Source: an uncultured Candidatus Saccharibacteria bacterium
Lineage (GTDB): Bacteria; Patescibacteriota; Minisyncoccia; Phycocordibacterales; Phycocordibacteraceae
Assembly (NCBI GenBank): GCA_964650475.1
Contig: CAZYRK010000002.1
Span: 12,087-76,086, forward strand
DNA: 64,000 nt
Direction of reading: 5' to 3'
Part shown: positions 1-9,526 of the stretch, piece by piece
How positions within the stretch are numbered: the stretch's first letter is position 1
How the letters are laid out: every line of letters starts with the position of its first letter
Translations under genes and position numbers: made by a program
The notes under the pieces: model-generated
Seen by the model: only the letters and a program-made list of their open reading frames with translations
Databases searched by the model: none
Told to the model about the DNA's origin: nothing

Positions 1-122
1 ACTGTTGGGTGAATTGTACGGGTTATTGTTCCAAGAGGACCCTTGACGGAAAGTGTCTGCACATCGGCAGAAACTTCGACTTTAGGTAGTTGGATAATTG
101 GCTTTTTTGCAAAACGTGACAT
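1..122 (-). CDS. rplF: 50S ribosomal protein L6 (N-terminal part; gene runs off window)
   Basis: Minus-strand translation from ATG at 122-120 gives MSRFAKKPIIQLPKVEVSADVQTLSVKGPLGTITR, a typical L6 N-terminus, and it sits directly after rpsH. Confidence 0.8.
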   Translation of the reverse strand, partial: MSRFAKKPIIQLPKVEVSADVQTLSVKGPLGTITRTIHPT

Positions 123-130
123 ATATAAAT

Positions 131-517
131 TTACCAGATTTCAAATAGTGATTCACCTCCCACACGCTCTCGACGTGCTTCGGAATCCGACAAAATTCCT
201 TTAGGTGTCGAGATAATTCGTGCTCCCATACCGCCGGCTACCGTATGTGCTTCGCGATGCGAAACATAGAGACGGCGACCTGGCTTGCTAACACGTCGCA
301 CGTCATGTATCTTGCCTACTCCTTTATCGTCATATGCAAGTTCCACGAGAAGCGTCCGTGCGTCTTTTTTCTCAACCTCTCCGACAAACCCGAGAGTACG
401 AAGCTTTTTGGCTATCGACTCAAGGTATGCGGAATACGGCAACGAAACATCGTCGTGCTTAACAGCAGTTGCATTCTTAAGACGGATTATGAAGTCTCCT
501 ACGCAATCGGTTACCAT
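131..517 (-). CDS. rpsH: 30S ribosomal protein S8
   Basis: 128-aa ORF with S8 signature (MVTD..IIRLKNA...) in conserved spc-operon order. Confidence 0.9.
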   Translation of the reverse strand: MVTDCVGDFIIRLKNATAVKHDDVSLPYSAYLESIAKKLRTLGFVGEVEKKDARTLLVELAYDDKGVGKIHDVRRVSKPGRRLYVSHREAHTVAGGMGARIISTPKGILSDSEARRERVGGESLFEIW

Positions 518-780
518 GATGATTTTTTTACTCCAGGAACTTTACCCTCACGGGCAAGCTCACGGAAAGTTATACGGGACAAACCAAATGCGCGCAAATA
601 TCCATGAGCGCGTCCTGAGACTACGCAACGATTCTTCACGCGTACGGGAGAAGAGTTCTTTGGAAGTTTTTGCAAAGCATCCCAGTCGCCAGAAGCCTTA
701 AGCTCGGCGCGTCTCTCTGCGTACTTAGCAACGAGTCTTACTCGCTTTGCATTTCGTGCTATTTGTGAAGTTTTTGCCAT
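511..780 (-). CDS. rpsN: 30S ribosomal protein S14 (long, non-zinc form)
   Basis: The ORF contains [13 protein letters not shown]...[20 protein letters not shown], a typical S14, and the start is taken at the internal MAKTS (780). Confidence 0.85.
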   Translation of the reverse strand: MAKTSQIARNAKRVRLVAKYAERRAELKASGDWDALQKLPKNSSPVRVKNRCVVSGRAHGYLRAFGLSRITFRELAREGKVPGVKKSSW

Positions 781-831
781 AGTGTTGAGAAATAATAAAA
801 AAGACGCGTGTTGCGTCACGATTGCATCCTA

Positions 832-1383
832 TCAGTGTTTAGGCGTTTGGTCAACGCACATCGGCAAACCGATGTGGCGCAAGAACGCTTCAGCCTCTGC
901 ACGTGTATTTGCGGTGGTTACAATAGTAATAGCAAGCCCGAAAATGTCCCTTAAGTCCTCGTCTGCGACCTCCGGAAAGATGGTGTGCTCACGTATGCCG
1001 ATTGTCATATTGCCCATTTCATCAATCGCTCCGGCAGAGAGACCTCTAAAGTCACGGGCTCGCGGAAGTGAAATATGAATGAGTTTATCGATGAAATCAA
1101 ACATGCGTGCTCCACGCAGTGTGACCTGCAGACCTACAGCGTCTCCTTCTCGCAACTTAAACGCCGCGATAGACTGTTTTGCAACACGAGACGATGGTTT
1201 CTGTCCGGTAATAAGACCAAGACGATCTGCGATAAGCGCAACTTGTTTTGCATCTTTCTTTTTTCCGGTTCCTGTTGAAACAACCACCTTCAAAATGCGC
1301 GGAGCAGCCATCCGGCTTGTGTAGCCGAACTCTTCGGAAAGCGCCTCGAAGGCTGTTTGCTGTTTTTCTTTTGTAAGCATCAT
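832..1383 (-). CDS. rplE: 50S ribosomal protein L5
   Basis: 183-aa ORF, L5-like sequence (..LKVVVSTGTGKK..), operon position between L24 and S14. Confidence 0.9.
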   Translation of the reverse strand: MMLTKEKQQTAFEALSEEFGYTSRMAAPRILKVVVSTGTGKKKDAKQVALIADRLGLITGQKPSSRVAKQSIAAFKLREGDAVGLQVTLRGARMFDFIDKLIHISLPRARDFRGLSAGAIDEMGNMTIGIREHTIFPEVADEDLRDIFGLAITIVTTANTRAEAEAFLRHIGLPMCVDQTPKH

Positions 1384-1397
1384 AAGTATATAAAGTA

Positions 1398-1703
1398 TTA
1401 GCCTAAGTCCTCACCACTTTTAACAGAAATACGCGTTCGCTTGCCATCTTTCTTTTCAAGACGAATACGTGTCGGCTTTTTGGTTTTTGGGTCAATAATC
1501 ATCACGTTTGAAGCGTGGATTGGCAAAGGACGCTCGACGATACGCCCGACCTCACCACGAGCACCTTTAATGTGCCGTTTTGCAACAGCGACACCTTCCA
1601 CTACCACGCGATCCTTTTGCGGGAATACGCGTAGCACGGTACCGGTTTTACCTTTGTCTTTACCGGATATTATTTGCACATTGTCGTTTTTCTTGATTTT
1701 CAT
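1398..1703 (-). CDS. rplX: 50S ribosomal protein L24
   Basis: 101 aa, KOW-type motif MKIKKNDNVQIISGKDKGKTGTVLRV. Confidence 0.9.
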   Translation of the reverse strand: MKIKKNDNVQIISGKDKGKTGTVLRVFPQKDRVVVEGVAVAKRHIKGARGEVGRIVERPLPIHASNVMIIDPKTKKPTRIRLEKKDGKRTRISVKSGEDLG

Positions 1704-1711
1704 AATTTTAT

Positions 1712-2089
1712 TTATACAACTTCAGGAGCTGCTGATGCTATTGCTTGCCACCCCATTTCGGTTAGCTCTCTCGGAACAGGGCCGAAAACACGATTACCGC
1801 GCGGAGCCATCTCTTTACCCCTCTTTTCTACCAAAACAACTGCGTTGTCGTCAAATGAGATATACGAGCCATCTTTACGGCGCATAGGTTTCTTTGTGCG
1901 TACAACAACAGCACGTACGATATCTTTCTTTTTAACTTGTTTGCGCGGCTCTGCTGTTTGGATTGATGCCACGACAGTATCTCCGATACGAGCGTAACGA
2001 CGCTTGTGTCCTCCGAGCACCTTGAACACTCGGGCAATCTTGCCTCCGGAGTTGTCGGTGATATTAACGATGGTTTGCGATTGAATCAT
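1712..2089 (-). CDS. rplN: 50S ribosomal protein L14
   Basis: 125 aa, MIQSQTIVNITDNSGGK... is the canonical L14 N-terminus. Confidence 0.92.
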   Translation of the reverse strand: MIQSQTIVNITDNSGGKIARVFKVLGGHKRRYARIGDTVVASIQTAEPRKQVKKKDIVRAVVVRTKKPMRRKDGSYISFDDNAVVLVEKRGKEMAPRGNRVFGPVPRELTEMGWQAIASAAPEVV

Positions 2090-2091
2090 AC

Positions 2092-2334
2092 TTATTTTAA
2101 AAGTCTAAAGCGTTTTAGTTTCGACACAGGTCGGCATGCTACGATAGTAACTTTCTCACCAACCTTGGCTGTGTTTTCAGGATCGTGTACAAGAAACTTT
2201 TTCGTACGAACCTGATACTTCTTATACTTAGGATGCTTTACGTATCGCGATACTGAGACCACGGCGGTGTCTTTCGAAGCCGTTTTAACAACGGTTCCTT
2301 GAAATGTTTGCGGTTTTGTTTCGGTAGTAGTCAT
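2092..2334 (-). CDS. rpsQ: 30S ribosomal protein S17
   Basis: 80 aa, GTVVKTASKDTAVVSV...ACRPVSKLKRF is S17-like. Confidence 0.88.
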   Translation of the reverse strand: MTTTETKPQTFQGTVVKTASKDTAVVSVSRYVKHPKYKKYQVRTKKFLVHDPENTAKVGEKVTIVACRPVSKLKRFRLLK

Positions 2335-2337
2335 ATT

Positions 2338-2541
2338 TTATTTTTTTACGGTATTCGCGCGTGAAGAAAACTCGGTCATAATGCGTGCAATCTCTTTACG
2401 AATCTTGCGCGGTTCGCTCGTATCTTTCGGGCGGGAGCCTGCAGAAGTAAAACGAACAACTCGAAGCTCTTCGCGTTTTTGCGAAAGAATCTTTGAAAGT
2501 TCCGTATTGGTTTTATCCGTGTATTTTGTGTTTTTTTCCAT
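2338..2541 (-). CDS. rpmC: 50S ribosomal protein L29
   Basis: 67 aa, TELSKILSQKREELRVVRF is an L29 helix signature. Confidence 0.85.
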   Translation of the reverse strand: MEKNTKYTDKTNTELSKILSQKREELRVVRFTSAGSRPKDTSEPRKIRKEIARIMTEFSSRANTVKK

Positions 2542-2545
2542 AATA

Positions 2546-2965
2546 TTATCGAGAAATGAAGACTGTCTTCATCGGGAGTTTCGAGCCCGCGCGACGCATA
2601 GCGTCGCGCGCCAAGGTCTCTTCGATACCGTCGATTTCAAACAGTATACGACCGGGGCGAACTTCGAATACGAAGTATTTCGGATCTCCTTTACCATGAC
2701 CCATACCGACCTCGGCAGGCTTGTTGGTGATAGGACGATCCGGGAACACGCGAATCCAGACCTTACCACTTTTTCCGGTTGCGCGCGAGAGAACCTTACG
2801 AGCCGCCTCAATCTGGTTGCTTGTAAGACGTGACGGGGTTATGGCTTTTAACCCATAGTTACCAAACGTGAGTACAGTACCTCGGGTATCTGGACGTGCT
2901 CGGCGTGCTAGACTTTTACGCCCTATTTGCCACTTGCGGTGTTTTACTTTTTTAGGAAACAACAT
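2546..2965 (-). CDS. rplP: 50S ribosomal protein L16
   Basis: 139 aa, MLFPKKVKHRKWQ..GNYGLKA.. is L16-like. Confidence 0.92.
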   Translation of the reverse strand: MLFPKKVKHRKWQIGRKSLARRARPDTRGTVLTFGNYGLKAITPSRLTSNQIEAARKVLSRATGKSGKVWIRVFPDRPITNKPAEVGMGHGKGDPKYFVFEVRPGRILFEIDGIEETLARDAMRRAGSKLPMKTVFISR

Positions 2966-2976
2966 ACGTATATATA

Positions 2977-3663
2977 TTACATTCTACGGTGAGCCGTGTT
3001 TTGATCGGTTGTGTGCTTGTCGCCTCGATAAATCCAAACCTTAATACCGAGAACACCGTACGGAAGGTGTGCTTGCACACTTGCGTAGTCAATGTCTGCA
3101 CGAAAAGTCTGCAAAGGAATACGTCCTCGCTTTACCTCTTCCTTGCGTGACATGTCGGCTCCTCCGAGACGCCCCGCCAAAGCGATACGAACTCCAGAAA
3201 CCTCTCGTACTGCTATAACCTTTTCTGCGGTCTGTTTTAGAACGCGACGAAATGGCATTCTCTTTTCAAGACCTTCCGCAATCATATATGCCACAACAGT
3301 AGCATCAGTCTCTGGCTGACGAATTTCCGTGATGTCAATCTTGATTACATGATTGTGTGCAGGAGCTGTCTTGTGCACGAGACGAGTAACCTCCGCGCGT
3401 ATTTTTGTAGCGTTCTCACCTGAACGACCGATAACAAGCCCCGGACGTGCTGTGTGTATGAAAATACGCAATTCAGTTTCCGTGCGCTCTATATCGACAC
3501 CGCTTGTGTGAGTACCGCGCAATCGTTTTGTAAGGAAATCACGGACAACAGCATCAACTTGGATATTTTCTCGATACTGTTTTTTATCAAGCGCGAACCA
3601 GCGACTTTTCCAGTCACGGATAATGCCGAGGCGATGTGCGTAAGGATGGACAATGTGTGTCAT
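2977..3663 (-). CDS. rpsC: 30S ribosomal protein S3
   Basis: 228 aa, HPYAHRLGI..DWKSRWFA.. with KH domain, S3-like. Confidence 0.92.
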   Translation of the reverse strand: MTHIVHPYAHRLGIIRDWKSRWFALDKKQYRENIQVDAVVRDFLTKRLRGTHTSGVDIERTETELRIFIHTARPGLVIGRSGENATKIRAEVTRLVHKTAPAHNHVIKIDITEIRQPETDATVVAYMIAEGLEKRMPFRRVLKQTAEKVIAVREVSGVRIALAGRLGGADMSRKEEVKRGRIPLQTFRADIDYASVQAHLPYGVLGIKVWIYRGDKHTTDQNTAHRRM

Positions 3664-3678
3664 GATATGTATGAAAAA

Positions 3679-4011
3679 TTATACGGACTTTTCTTCCGTA
3701 AGAGTAACCGCCATGCGACTTTTGCGATGACGAATAGTTGAAGCGCGACCAAATGCTCGTGCGCGGAAACGCTTAAGCATTCCGGAGCTATCGACCGTTA
3801 TGTTTGCAATACGCAGGTCTTCCGGTTTCGCACCCTTCTGTGTTGCGTTTGCAACAGCAGAGCGGATTAGTTTAGAAACAGGCTGTGCAGCGCGTTTGTT
3901 GAGGAAATCGAGCTCCGCAAGAGCGAGCGCGACTTTCTTGCCTTTTACAAGGTTCGTAACGAGGCGCACTTTACGCGGGGACTGATTATATCCTTTTAGT
4001 TCAGCTTTCAT
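3679..4011 (-). CDS. rplV: 50S ribosomal protein L22
   Basis: 110 aa, MKAELKGYNQSPRKVRLV is an L22 N-terminus. Confidence 0.9.
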   Translation of the reverse strand: MKAELKGYNQSPRKVRLVTNLVKGKKVALALAELDFLNKRAAQPVSKLIRSAVANATQKGAKPEDLRIANITVDSSGMLKRFRARAFGRASTIRHRKSRMAVTLTEEKSV

Positions 4012-4014
4012 ATG

Positions 4015-4356
4015 TTATTTCTTTGCAGAGCTAGACTCTTTTGCCGCCTTTGCCGCAGCTATTTCCGATTGCTGGCGCTTCTGTTCGAGCTCCTTCTGCA
4101 TTTTACCGCCGTGACGTACAAATTTCTTTGTTGGCGAAAACTCTCCCAATCGATGACCGACCATGTCCTCGGTAACTCGCACTTCAACATGCTGTTTGCC
4201 GTTGTGAACGCCAAAAGTAAAGCCCACCATTTCCGGAGCAATCTGACTTCCGCGAGCCCACGTTTTGATAACAGAAGCATCAGCCGGTTTTTTGCCGGAG
4301 ATTTTCTTCATGAGCTTCACGTCCACGTATGGACCTTTTTTTAGTGATCGAGACAT
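4015..4356 (-). CDS. rpsS: 30S ribosomal protein S19 with K/A-rich C-terminal tail
   Basis: Internal [12 protein letters not shown]...[17 protein letters not shown] is S19-like, so the start is set at 4356. The ~25-aa tail [26 protein letters not shown] is atypical. Confidence 0.88.
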   Translation of the reverse strand: MSRSLKKGPYVDVKLMKKISGKKPADASVIKTWARGSQIAPEMVGFTFGVHNGKQHVEVRVTEDMVGHRLGEFSPTKKFVRHGGKMQKELEQKRQQSEIAAAKAAKESSSAKK

Positions 4357-4670
4357 AATGAAATTAAAACCCGCGATGCGGGATAAAGCTACGATACAGG
4401 AAACAGCCACGAGAGTCAACACATTGTGCCTTGTAGTGTTACAAAACATTGACCATCGAGTATGAAAACTTTTTATACAGAGATTGCGAACGCCTTAAAC
4501 AGACTTTATATTAAACAAATTTTATACGTTTGTAGCATAATCCAGCGCATCTCCGTTAATAACAGATATAATTTGCTTTTTAACGCGCGATTAAATTCTG
4601 CGGAGCTTTTTAAGTTGGTAAATACGACAACACTACTAAAAAGCAAACACTTTATCTACGGTGTGCCGCG

Positions 4671-4706
4671 AAAAAACGCGCGACCTTTCGGTCGCGCGTT
4701 TTTTCG
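4671..4706 (-). terminator. Intrinsic terminator hairpin between rplB and rpsS
   Basis: Perfect palindrome AAAAAACGCGCGACC-TTTC-GGTCGCGCGTTTTTT has a U-run on the minus-strand transcript, 20 nt after the rplB stop. Confidence 0.6.
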
Positions 4707-4726
4707 CGTGTTGGTTTCTAAAATAA

Positions 4727-5569
4727 CTACCGCCTCTTTCCAACTTTACGTCGAGATACAATAAATGTATTCGAGTACTTCTTCGGTCGGCGCGTCTTCT
4801 GCCCCTTTCCGGTCGGCTTGCCCCATTTGCTCTTTGCACGACGAGTACCTCGTCCTTGTCTACCTTCACCACCTCCGTGTGGATGATCGACAGGGTTCAT
4901 AGCATTACCACGCACAGTAGGTCGTTTACCCATCCAACGAGAACGCCCCGCCTTACCGATTTTTACGAGCATGTGCTCCTCGTTACCAACAGCACCGACA
5001 GATGCCCAACATAGATCGGAAATCTTACGCACCTCGGTCGACGGAAGCTTTATTTGAGCGTATCCGGCATCATGTGCGATTACCTGCGCGTAGTTTCCAG
5101 CAGAACGTGCCAGACGCGAACCTGCCCCAACCTGAAGCTCTATATTGTATACAAAAGTACCTACAGGAATCTTTCCGAGAGGAAGACGGTTGCCTGTCTT
5201 TACCGGAGCATCTTCCGAAACGATAAACGAATCGCCCACCTCCATGTTTTTAGGAGCGAGCACATAGCGACGCTCTCCATCTGCGTAAAGTGCGATAGCA
5301 ATGTTTGCTGATCGGTACGGATCGTACTCGATTGTAGTGAACTTTGCCGGAACACCCCTCTTGTCGTACTTGAAATCAAGCTTACGGTACCTGCGTTTGT
5401 GTCCCCCACCTTGGTGACGGGTTGTAATACGTCCAAAGGCATTGCGTCCAGCTTGACGTTTCTTGCTGGAAAGCAAGCTCTTGGTTGGTTTATCGCCAGA
5501 AAGATTTTCTCGATATGGCAATGTCGACATGTGACGACGACTCTTGGTTGTTGGTTTGTAAGTTTTCAT
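4727..5569 (-). CDS. rplB: 50S ribosomal protein L2
   Basis: 280 aa with ..NPVDHPHGGGEGR.. L2 signature. Confidence 0.95.
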   Translation of the reverse strand: MKTYKPTTKSRRHMSTLPYRENLSGDKPTKSLLSSKKRQAGRNAFGRITTRHQGGGHKRRYRKLDFKYDKRGVPAKFTTIEYDPYRSANIAIALYADGERRYVLAPKNMEVGDSFIVSEDAPVKTGNRLPLGKIPVGTFVYNIELQVGAGSRLARSAGNYAQVIAHDAGYAQIKLPSTEVRKISDLCWASVGAVGNEEHMLVKIGKAGRSRWMGKRPTVRGNAMNPVDHPHGGGEGRQGRGTRRAKSKWGKPTGKGQKTRRPKKYSNTFIVSRRKVGKRR

Positions 5570-5578
5570 ATACTCGTT

Positions 5579-5968
5579 CTAAGCAAATTGAATAGTGTCC
5601 CCTTTATTGAGGTAAACGTACGCCTTGCGACGACGTGGGCGAATAGCAACACCTGCACGGGCACGCTTTGAAACGCGCTTGCCCGGAAGATTTACAATAC
5701 GCACACTGCGCGGTACTACGTTATAGATTGTTTCTACAGCGCGCGCAACATCTTTTTTCGTTGCAGATCGCGGAATTGCAAATACATAAATACCGTTGTC
5801 TGTTCCGATAAGTGCTTTTTCGGAAATCCACGGAGCGGTAAGGACGACAGCAGCGCGGGCGCGAAGCGCAGTTGTAGCTTCACGTGCTTTTTTTGCAGGT
5901 GCTTTTGCTACTGCGGTTTTTTTCGCTTTTGCGTCTTTTGTAGTTGTGTCTTTAGAGAAGAGAGCCAT
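5579..5968 (-). CDS. rplW: 50S ribosomal protein L23 with K/A-rich N-terminal extension
   Basis: C-terminal 95 aa are L23-like (..IYVFAIPRSATKKDVARAVE..). The N-terminal ~30 aa are K/A-rich. Confidence 0.85.
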   Translation of the reverse strand: MALFSKDTTTKDAKAKKTAVAKAPAKKAREATTALRARAAVVLTAPWISEKALIGTDNGIYVFAIPRSATKKDVARAVETIYNVVPRSVRIVNLPGKRVSKRARAGVAIRPRRRKAYVYLNKGDTIQFA

Positions 5969-5982
5969 AAGTCAAAATATAA

Positions 5983-6729
5983 TTATGCACGTTTTGAGCG
6001 AGCTACTCGCTCTTTAAGAACTCCAAACGCTTCGGTCGGTTTCTCGATGATTAAGTAACGGTATCCAAGTATATCAACCGGGTTTAGGTTTCGTACTTCT
6101 TCTGTAAAGATGTTACCGAAGTTGCTGAAACTTTTTTTAACAAATGAGTCTTTTCCAGAAAGTGCGATGATTGTTGCGTTATTGCGACGCTCTGCAAGCA
6201 TCGGTGTACCGGAAGCTTTCGCAATAGCTGTAATCGCAGATTTCGCGTCTTTACTCTTCGGGGCATCAAATGATAGCGAGTCTACAAAGAAGACTTCTCC
6301 TTCCGCAAACTTTTTAGAGAGTACGGACACGAGGGCTCCTATGCGCATCTTGCGATTTGCTTTTTGTGTATAGTCGCGCTCCGGACGAGGTCCGTGAGTT
6401 GTTCCACCTCCACGCCATATAGGTGAACGGCGTGAACCATGGCGTGCACGACCTGTGCCTTTCTGTTTCCATGGCTTTTTTCCACCACCACGCACCTCAC
6501 TACGGTCTTTTGTACTTGCTACCGTTGGGCGAGCATTGGCTTGCATAGCAAGCACAACTTGATGTACGAGCTCCGCTTTCCATGAGACACCGAACAGCTC
6601 TTCCGGAAGATCTATCTTGCCAGACTCTTTGCCGTCCATTGTATAAACAGGAGCAGAAAGCTTCACGGCAACTTTTTTTGCCGTAGTATTTTCTTTCTTT
6701 ATTATATCTTTCTTTGTTGTAGTAGCCAT
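5983..6729 (-). CDS. rplD: 50S ribosomal protein L4
   Basis: 248 aa, ..GGGKKPWKQKGTGRARHGS.. is an L4 signature. An N-terminal K-rich extension is possible. Confidence 0.9.
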   Translation of the reverse strand: MATTTKKDIIKKENTTAKKVAVKLSAPVYTMDGKESGKIDLPEELFGVSWKAELVHQVVLAMQANARPTVASTKDRSEVRGGGKKPWKQKGTGRARHGSRRSPIWRGGGTTHGPRPERDYTQKANRKMRIGALVSVLSKKFAEGEVFFVDSLSFDAPKSKDAKSAITAIAKASGTPMLAERRNNATIIALSGKDSFVKKSFSNFGNIFTEEVRNLNPVDILGYRYLIIEKPTEAFGVLKERVARSKRA

Positions 6730-6740
6730 ATTTAAATATT

Positions 6741-7358
6741 TTAGGCAGAGATTATCTCTACCAACGAACCACGTCTTCCCGGAATTGCTCCGGAAATTAT
6801 GATTTCTCCGGTCTTTGAATCGACCGCGAGCACTTTGAGACCTTTTACAGTAACTCGTGTATTTCCCATGCGTCCGCCCATGCGCATACCTTTTGCAACG
6901 CGACCTCCGGCACGACCTCCCGAACCGCCGATTGAACCTGGCTCACGCTCGGAATGTTTCTGACCATGCGAGCGAGGACCTCCATGGAAACCATGACGTC
7001 TCACAACACCTGCAAAGCCTTTTCCTTTCATTGTGCCGGAAACCTGTACCTTGTCGCCTTCTGCAAAATCATCAACCGTTATCTCCATACCTACATTGTA
7101 TTCGGCATGGTTATCGATACGAAACTCTTTCAAGACCTTAAAAGCTTTGCCTTTGAGGTGTCCGAGCACTGGTTTGCTGAGCCTCTCTTTTTTCTGATCG
7201 TCAAAACCAACTTGTACAGCTGAATAGCCATCGTCTGCTGGAGTTTTAACTTGAGTCACGGTAACAGGTCCCGCTTTAAGGATTGTACCTGCAAACGACC
7301 GACCTTCGTCGGTAAAAATCTGCGTCATGCGCTCTTTGCGGGCAAGAATAAATTTCAT
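6741..7358 (-). CDS. rplC: 50S ribosomal protein L3
   Basis: Internal MKFILARKERMTQIFTDEG is the L3 N-terminus, so the start is set at ATG 7358 rather than the longer ORF. Confidence 0.9.
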   Translation of the reverse strand: MKFILARKERMTQIFTDEGRSFAGTILKAGPVTVTQVKTPADDGYSAVQVGFDDQKKERLSKPVLGHLKGKAFKVLKEFRIDNHAEYNVGMEITVDDFAEGDKVQVSGTMKGKGFAGVVRRHGFHGGPRSHGQKHSEREPGSIGGSGGRAGGRVAKGMRMGGRMGNTRVTVKGLKVLAVDSKTGEIIISGAIPGRRGSLVEIISA

Positions 7359-7613
7359 GAGTATAAAGCAAAACGCGCAGCGGCATATCGCACTGCGCGA
7401 TGTACCATTGGTCCGTATCATGTTCCGAAATTGGAAAACAGATACGTACGTAGCGTTATAGAGAGCACTCTACACGAACAAAACAAGAAATGCAACCGTT
7501 TGCGCCTGTAATTCAAGAAACACACTCCGTCTCTACACGACAATACCCCACCACAGGCACTGTTTTTAATAATACGAAGCAAAAGCACTCGAGTTTGGTA
7601 GTAAATGCAAAGA

Positions 7614-7650
7614 AAAACACGGCGCCGTTGCCGGCGCCGTGTTTTTCTTT
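7614..7650 (-). terminator. Intrinsic terminator after rpsJ
   Basis: AAAAACACGGCGCCG-TTGC-CGGCGCCGTGTTTTTC hairpin with U-run sits 27 nt after the rpsJ stop on the minus strand. Confidence 0.6.
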
Positions 7651-7676
7651 GTTTTGTGCGATATTGCGCGAGAACG

Positions 7677-8042
7677 CTATATCATTTTCACATCAATCGT
7701 AACCCCTGAAGGGAGTGTAAGATTTGTGAGAGCCTCAACAACTTTCGGTGATGGTGAAAGAATATCGATTAGTCGTTTGTGGATACGCATTTCGAACTGT
7801 TCGCGAGCGTTCTTGTGAACGAATGTAGATCGGTTTACAGTCCAACGTTTAAGCTCAGTCGGAAGAGGCACGGGTCCGATTATCTTTGCGTCAAAACGCT
7901 GTGCCGTGTCCACAATCTGCTTAACCGAGAGGTCGAGCACTTTGTGCTCGTAGGCGCGCACTCGGATACGCAGCTTCGGCTCAGATGCGACCGCGGACGC
8001 TCCTTTTGCTTTTGCTATTTTGTCTTTTGCGGTCGTTGCCAT
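7677..8042 (-). CDS. rpsJ: 30S ribosomal protein S10 with N-terminal extension
   Basis: C-terminal 100 aa are S10-like ([15 protein letters not shown]...). The N-terminal 20 aa are K/A-rich. Confidence 0.88.
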   Translation of the reverse strand: MATTAKDKIAKAKGASAVASEPKLRIRVRAYEHKVLDLSVKQIVDTAQRFDAKIIGPVPLPTELKRWTVNRSTFVHKNAREQFEMRIHKRLIDILSPSPKVVEALTNLTLPSGVTIDVKMI

Positions 8043-8063
8043 AATGATTCAATTAGTACAACA

Positions 8064-9260
8064 CTAGGCGCTAACTTTTGTAACAACACCAGCACCAACA
8101 GTCTTGCCTCCTTCGCGAATAGCAAAGTGCTGTTGCGCTTCAAGTGCTACAGGAGCTGTAAGCTTAACCTTGAAAGTAACTGTGTCTCCTGGCATAACCA
8201 TCTCCTTTCCTTCCGGAAGAGTAACCTCGCCTGTTACGTCCGTAGTACGGATGTAGAACTGAGGTTTGTAACCGGTGAAGAATGGTGTGTGACGACCACC
8301 CTCGTCTTTACCGAGGATATATACCTCTGCTTCAAAGTCTGTGTGTGGTGTTACCGTACCTGGCTTCACAAGAACCTGACCACGGTGCACGTCTTCTTTC
8401 TTTGTGCCTCGCAAGAGGATACCTGCGTTGTCGCCTGCCTGACCTTCTTGAAGCTGTTTGTTGAACATTTCAATACCGGTAACGGTCGTCTTTGTTGTTT
8501 CTTTGATACCAACAATCTCAACTTCCTCACCAACTTTGACTTGTCCTCGCTCTATACGGCCTGTTACAACAGTACCGCGACCTTCAATGGAGAAGATGTC
8601 TTCAATCGGCATAAGGAACGGCTTCTCAAGATCACGTACAGGATCCGGGAAGAACTCGTCCATTGTGTCGACAAGTTTCTTAACATTCTGTGCCTGTTCG
8701 TCATCTGCTGAAGTTGCTTCAAGTGCTTTCAAAGCGGAACCGCGAATAAATGGTGAGTCCTTGAAGCCCTGCTTCTCAAGGAGCTCTTTGATTTCTTCTT
8801 CCACGAGATCAATCATGTCTGCGTCGTCTACCATATCGGTCTTGTTAAGGAATACGATAATGTTTGGTACGCCAACTTGCTTTGCGAGAAGGATATGCTC
8901 ACGAGTTTGTGGCATAGCCCCGTCGGTTGCTGCGACCACGAGAACAGCTCCGTCCATTTGGGCGGCACCTGTAATCATGTTCTTAATGTAGTCTGCGTGA
9001 CCCGGAGCATCGATGTGCGCGTAATGGCGTTTCGGTGTCTCGTATTCCGAGTGGTGAAGAGCGATAGTAATACCGCGCGCCTTTTCTTCGGGCGCGTTGT
9101 CGATGTTCTCAACTTTTTCGCTACGAGCTTTATAGCCCGCTGATTCGTTGAGAGTAAGTACGTTTAGTATAGCCGCTGTGAGTGTTGTCTTACCATGGTC
9201 GACATGACCGATAGTACCAACGTTCACATGAGGCTTACTGCGATCAAATTCTGCTGCCAT
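8064..9260 (-). CDS. tuf: Elongation factor Tu
   Basis: 398 aa, [14 protein letters not shown] and DCPGHADY motifs. Confidence 0.97.
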   Translation of the reverse strand: MAAEFDRSKPHVNVGTIGHVDHGKTTLTAAILNVLTLNESAGYKARSEKVENIDNAPEEKARGITIALHHSEYETPKRHYAHIDAPGHADYIKNMITGAAQMDGAVLVVAATDGAMPQTREHILLAKQVGVPNIIVFLNKTDMVDDADMIDLVEEEIKELLEKQGFKDSPFIRGSALKALEATSADDEQAQNVKKLVDTMDEFFPDPVRDLEKPFLMPIEDIFSIEGRGTVVTGRIERGQVKVGEEVEIVGIKETTKTTVTGIEMFNKQLQEGQAGDNAGILLRGTKKEDVHRGQVLVKPGTVTPHTDFEAEVYILGKDEGGRHTPFFTGYKPQFYIRTTDVTGEVTLPEGKEMVMPGDTVTFKVKLTAPVALEAQQHFAIREGGKTVGAGVVTKVSA

Positions 9261-9466
9261 AAGTCTTGTAAATTAAAATTAAAAGAATCGAAATAATAGA
9301 TAACGCGCCGCGCCTCGCGCCGACGGTGATACCGTCGAGTTCAAACACGACGCCCGAAAGTGTCGCGAACGAACAATTGCGTTAGTGCAAAGGTTACCCG
9401 ACCTGAGAGAAAAGGTCAAGAAAAATATACCCTGCCTCTCTATTTTACCGGTGTTGTTGCTACACC

Positions 9467-9510
9467 AAAACCCAAACGCGCGCAAACAAAGTTTGCGCGC
9501 GTTTGGGTTT
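9467..9510 (-). terminator. Hairpin terminator after fusA
   Basis: AAAACCCAAACGCGCGCAAAC-AAA-GTTTGCGCGCGTTTGGGTTT sits 17 nt after the fusA stop. Confidence 0.5.
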
Positions 9511-9526
9511 AACACATACTTAAATT

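Noticed and set aside
8458-8991. 177-aa Ser-rich ORF antisense in tuf, and similar antisense ORFs in comEC (35926-36984) and pgk (40681-41301)
   Set aside because: They are antisense to highly conserved genes with low-complexity composition, which is a typical artefact.
9385-9420. TPP-riboswitch-like fragment ACCCGACCTGAGAG on the plus strand in the fusA-tuf spacer
   Set aside because: It is only a partial match to the THI-box, on the strand opposite to all neighbouring genes, with no downstream plus-strand gene.
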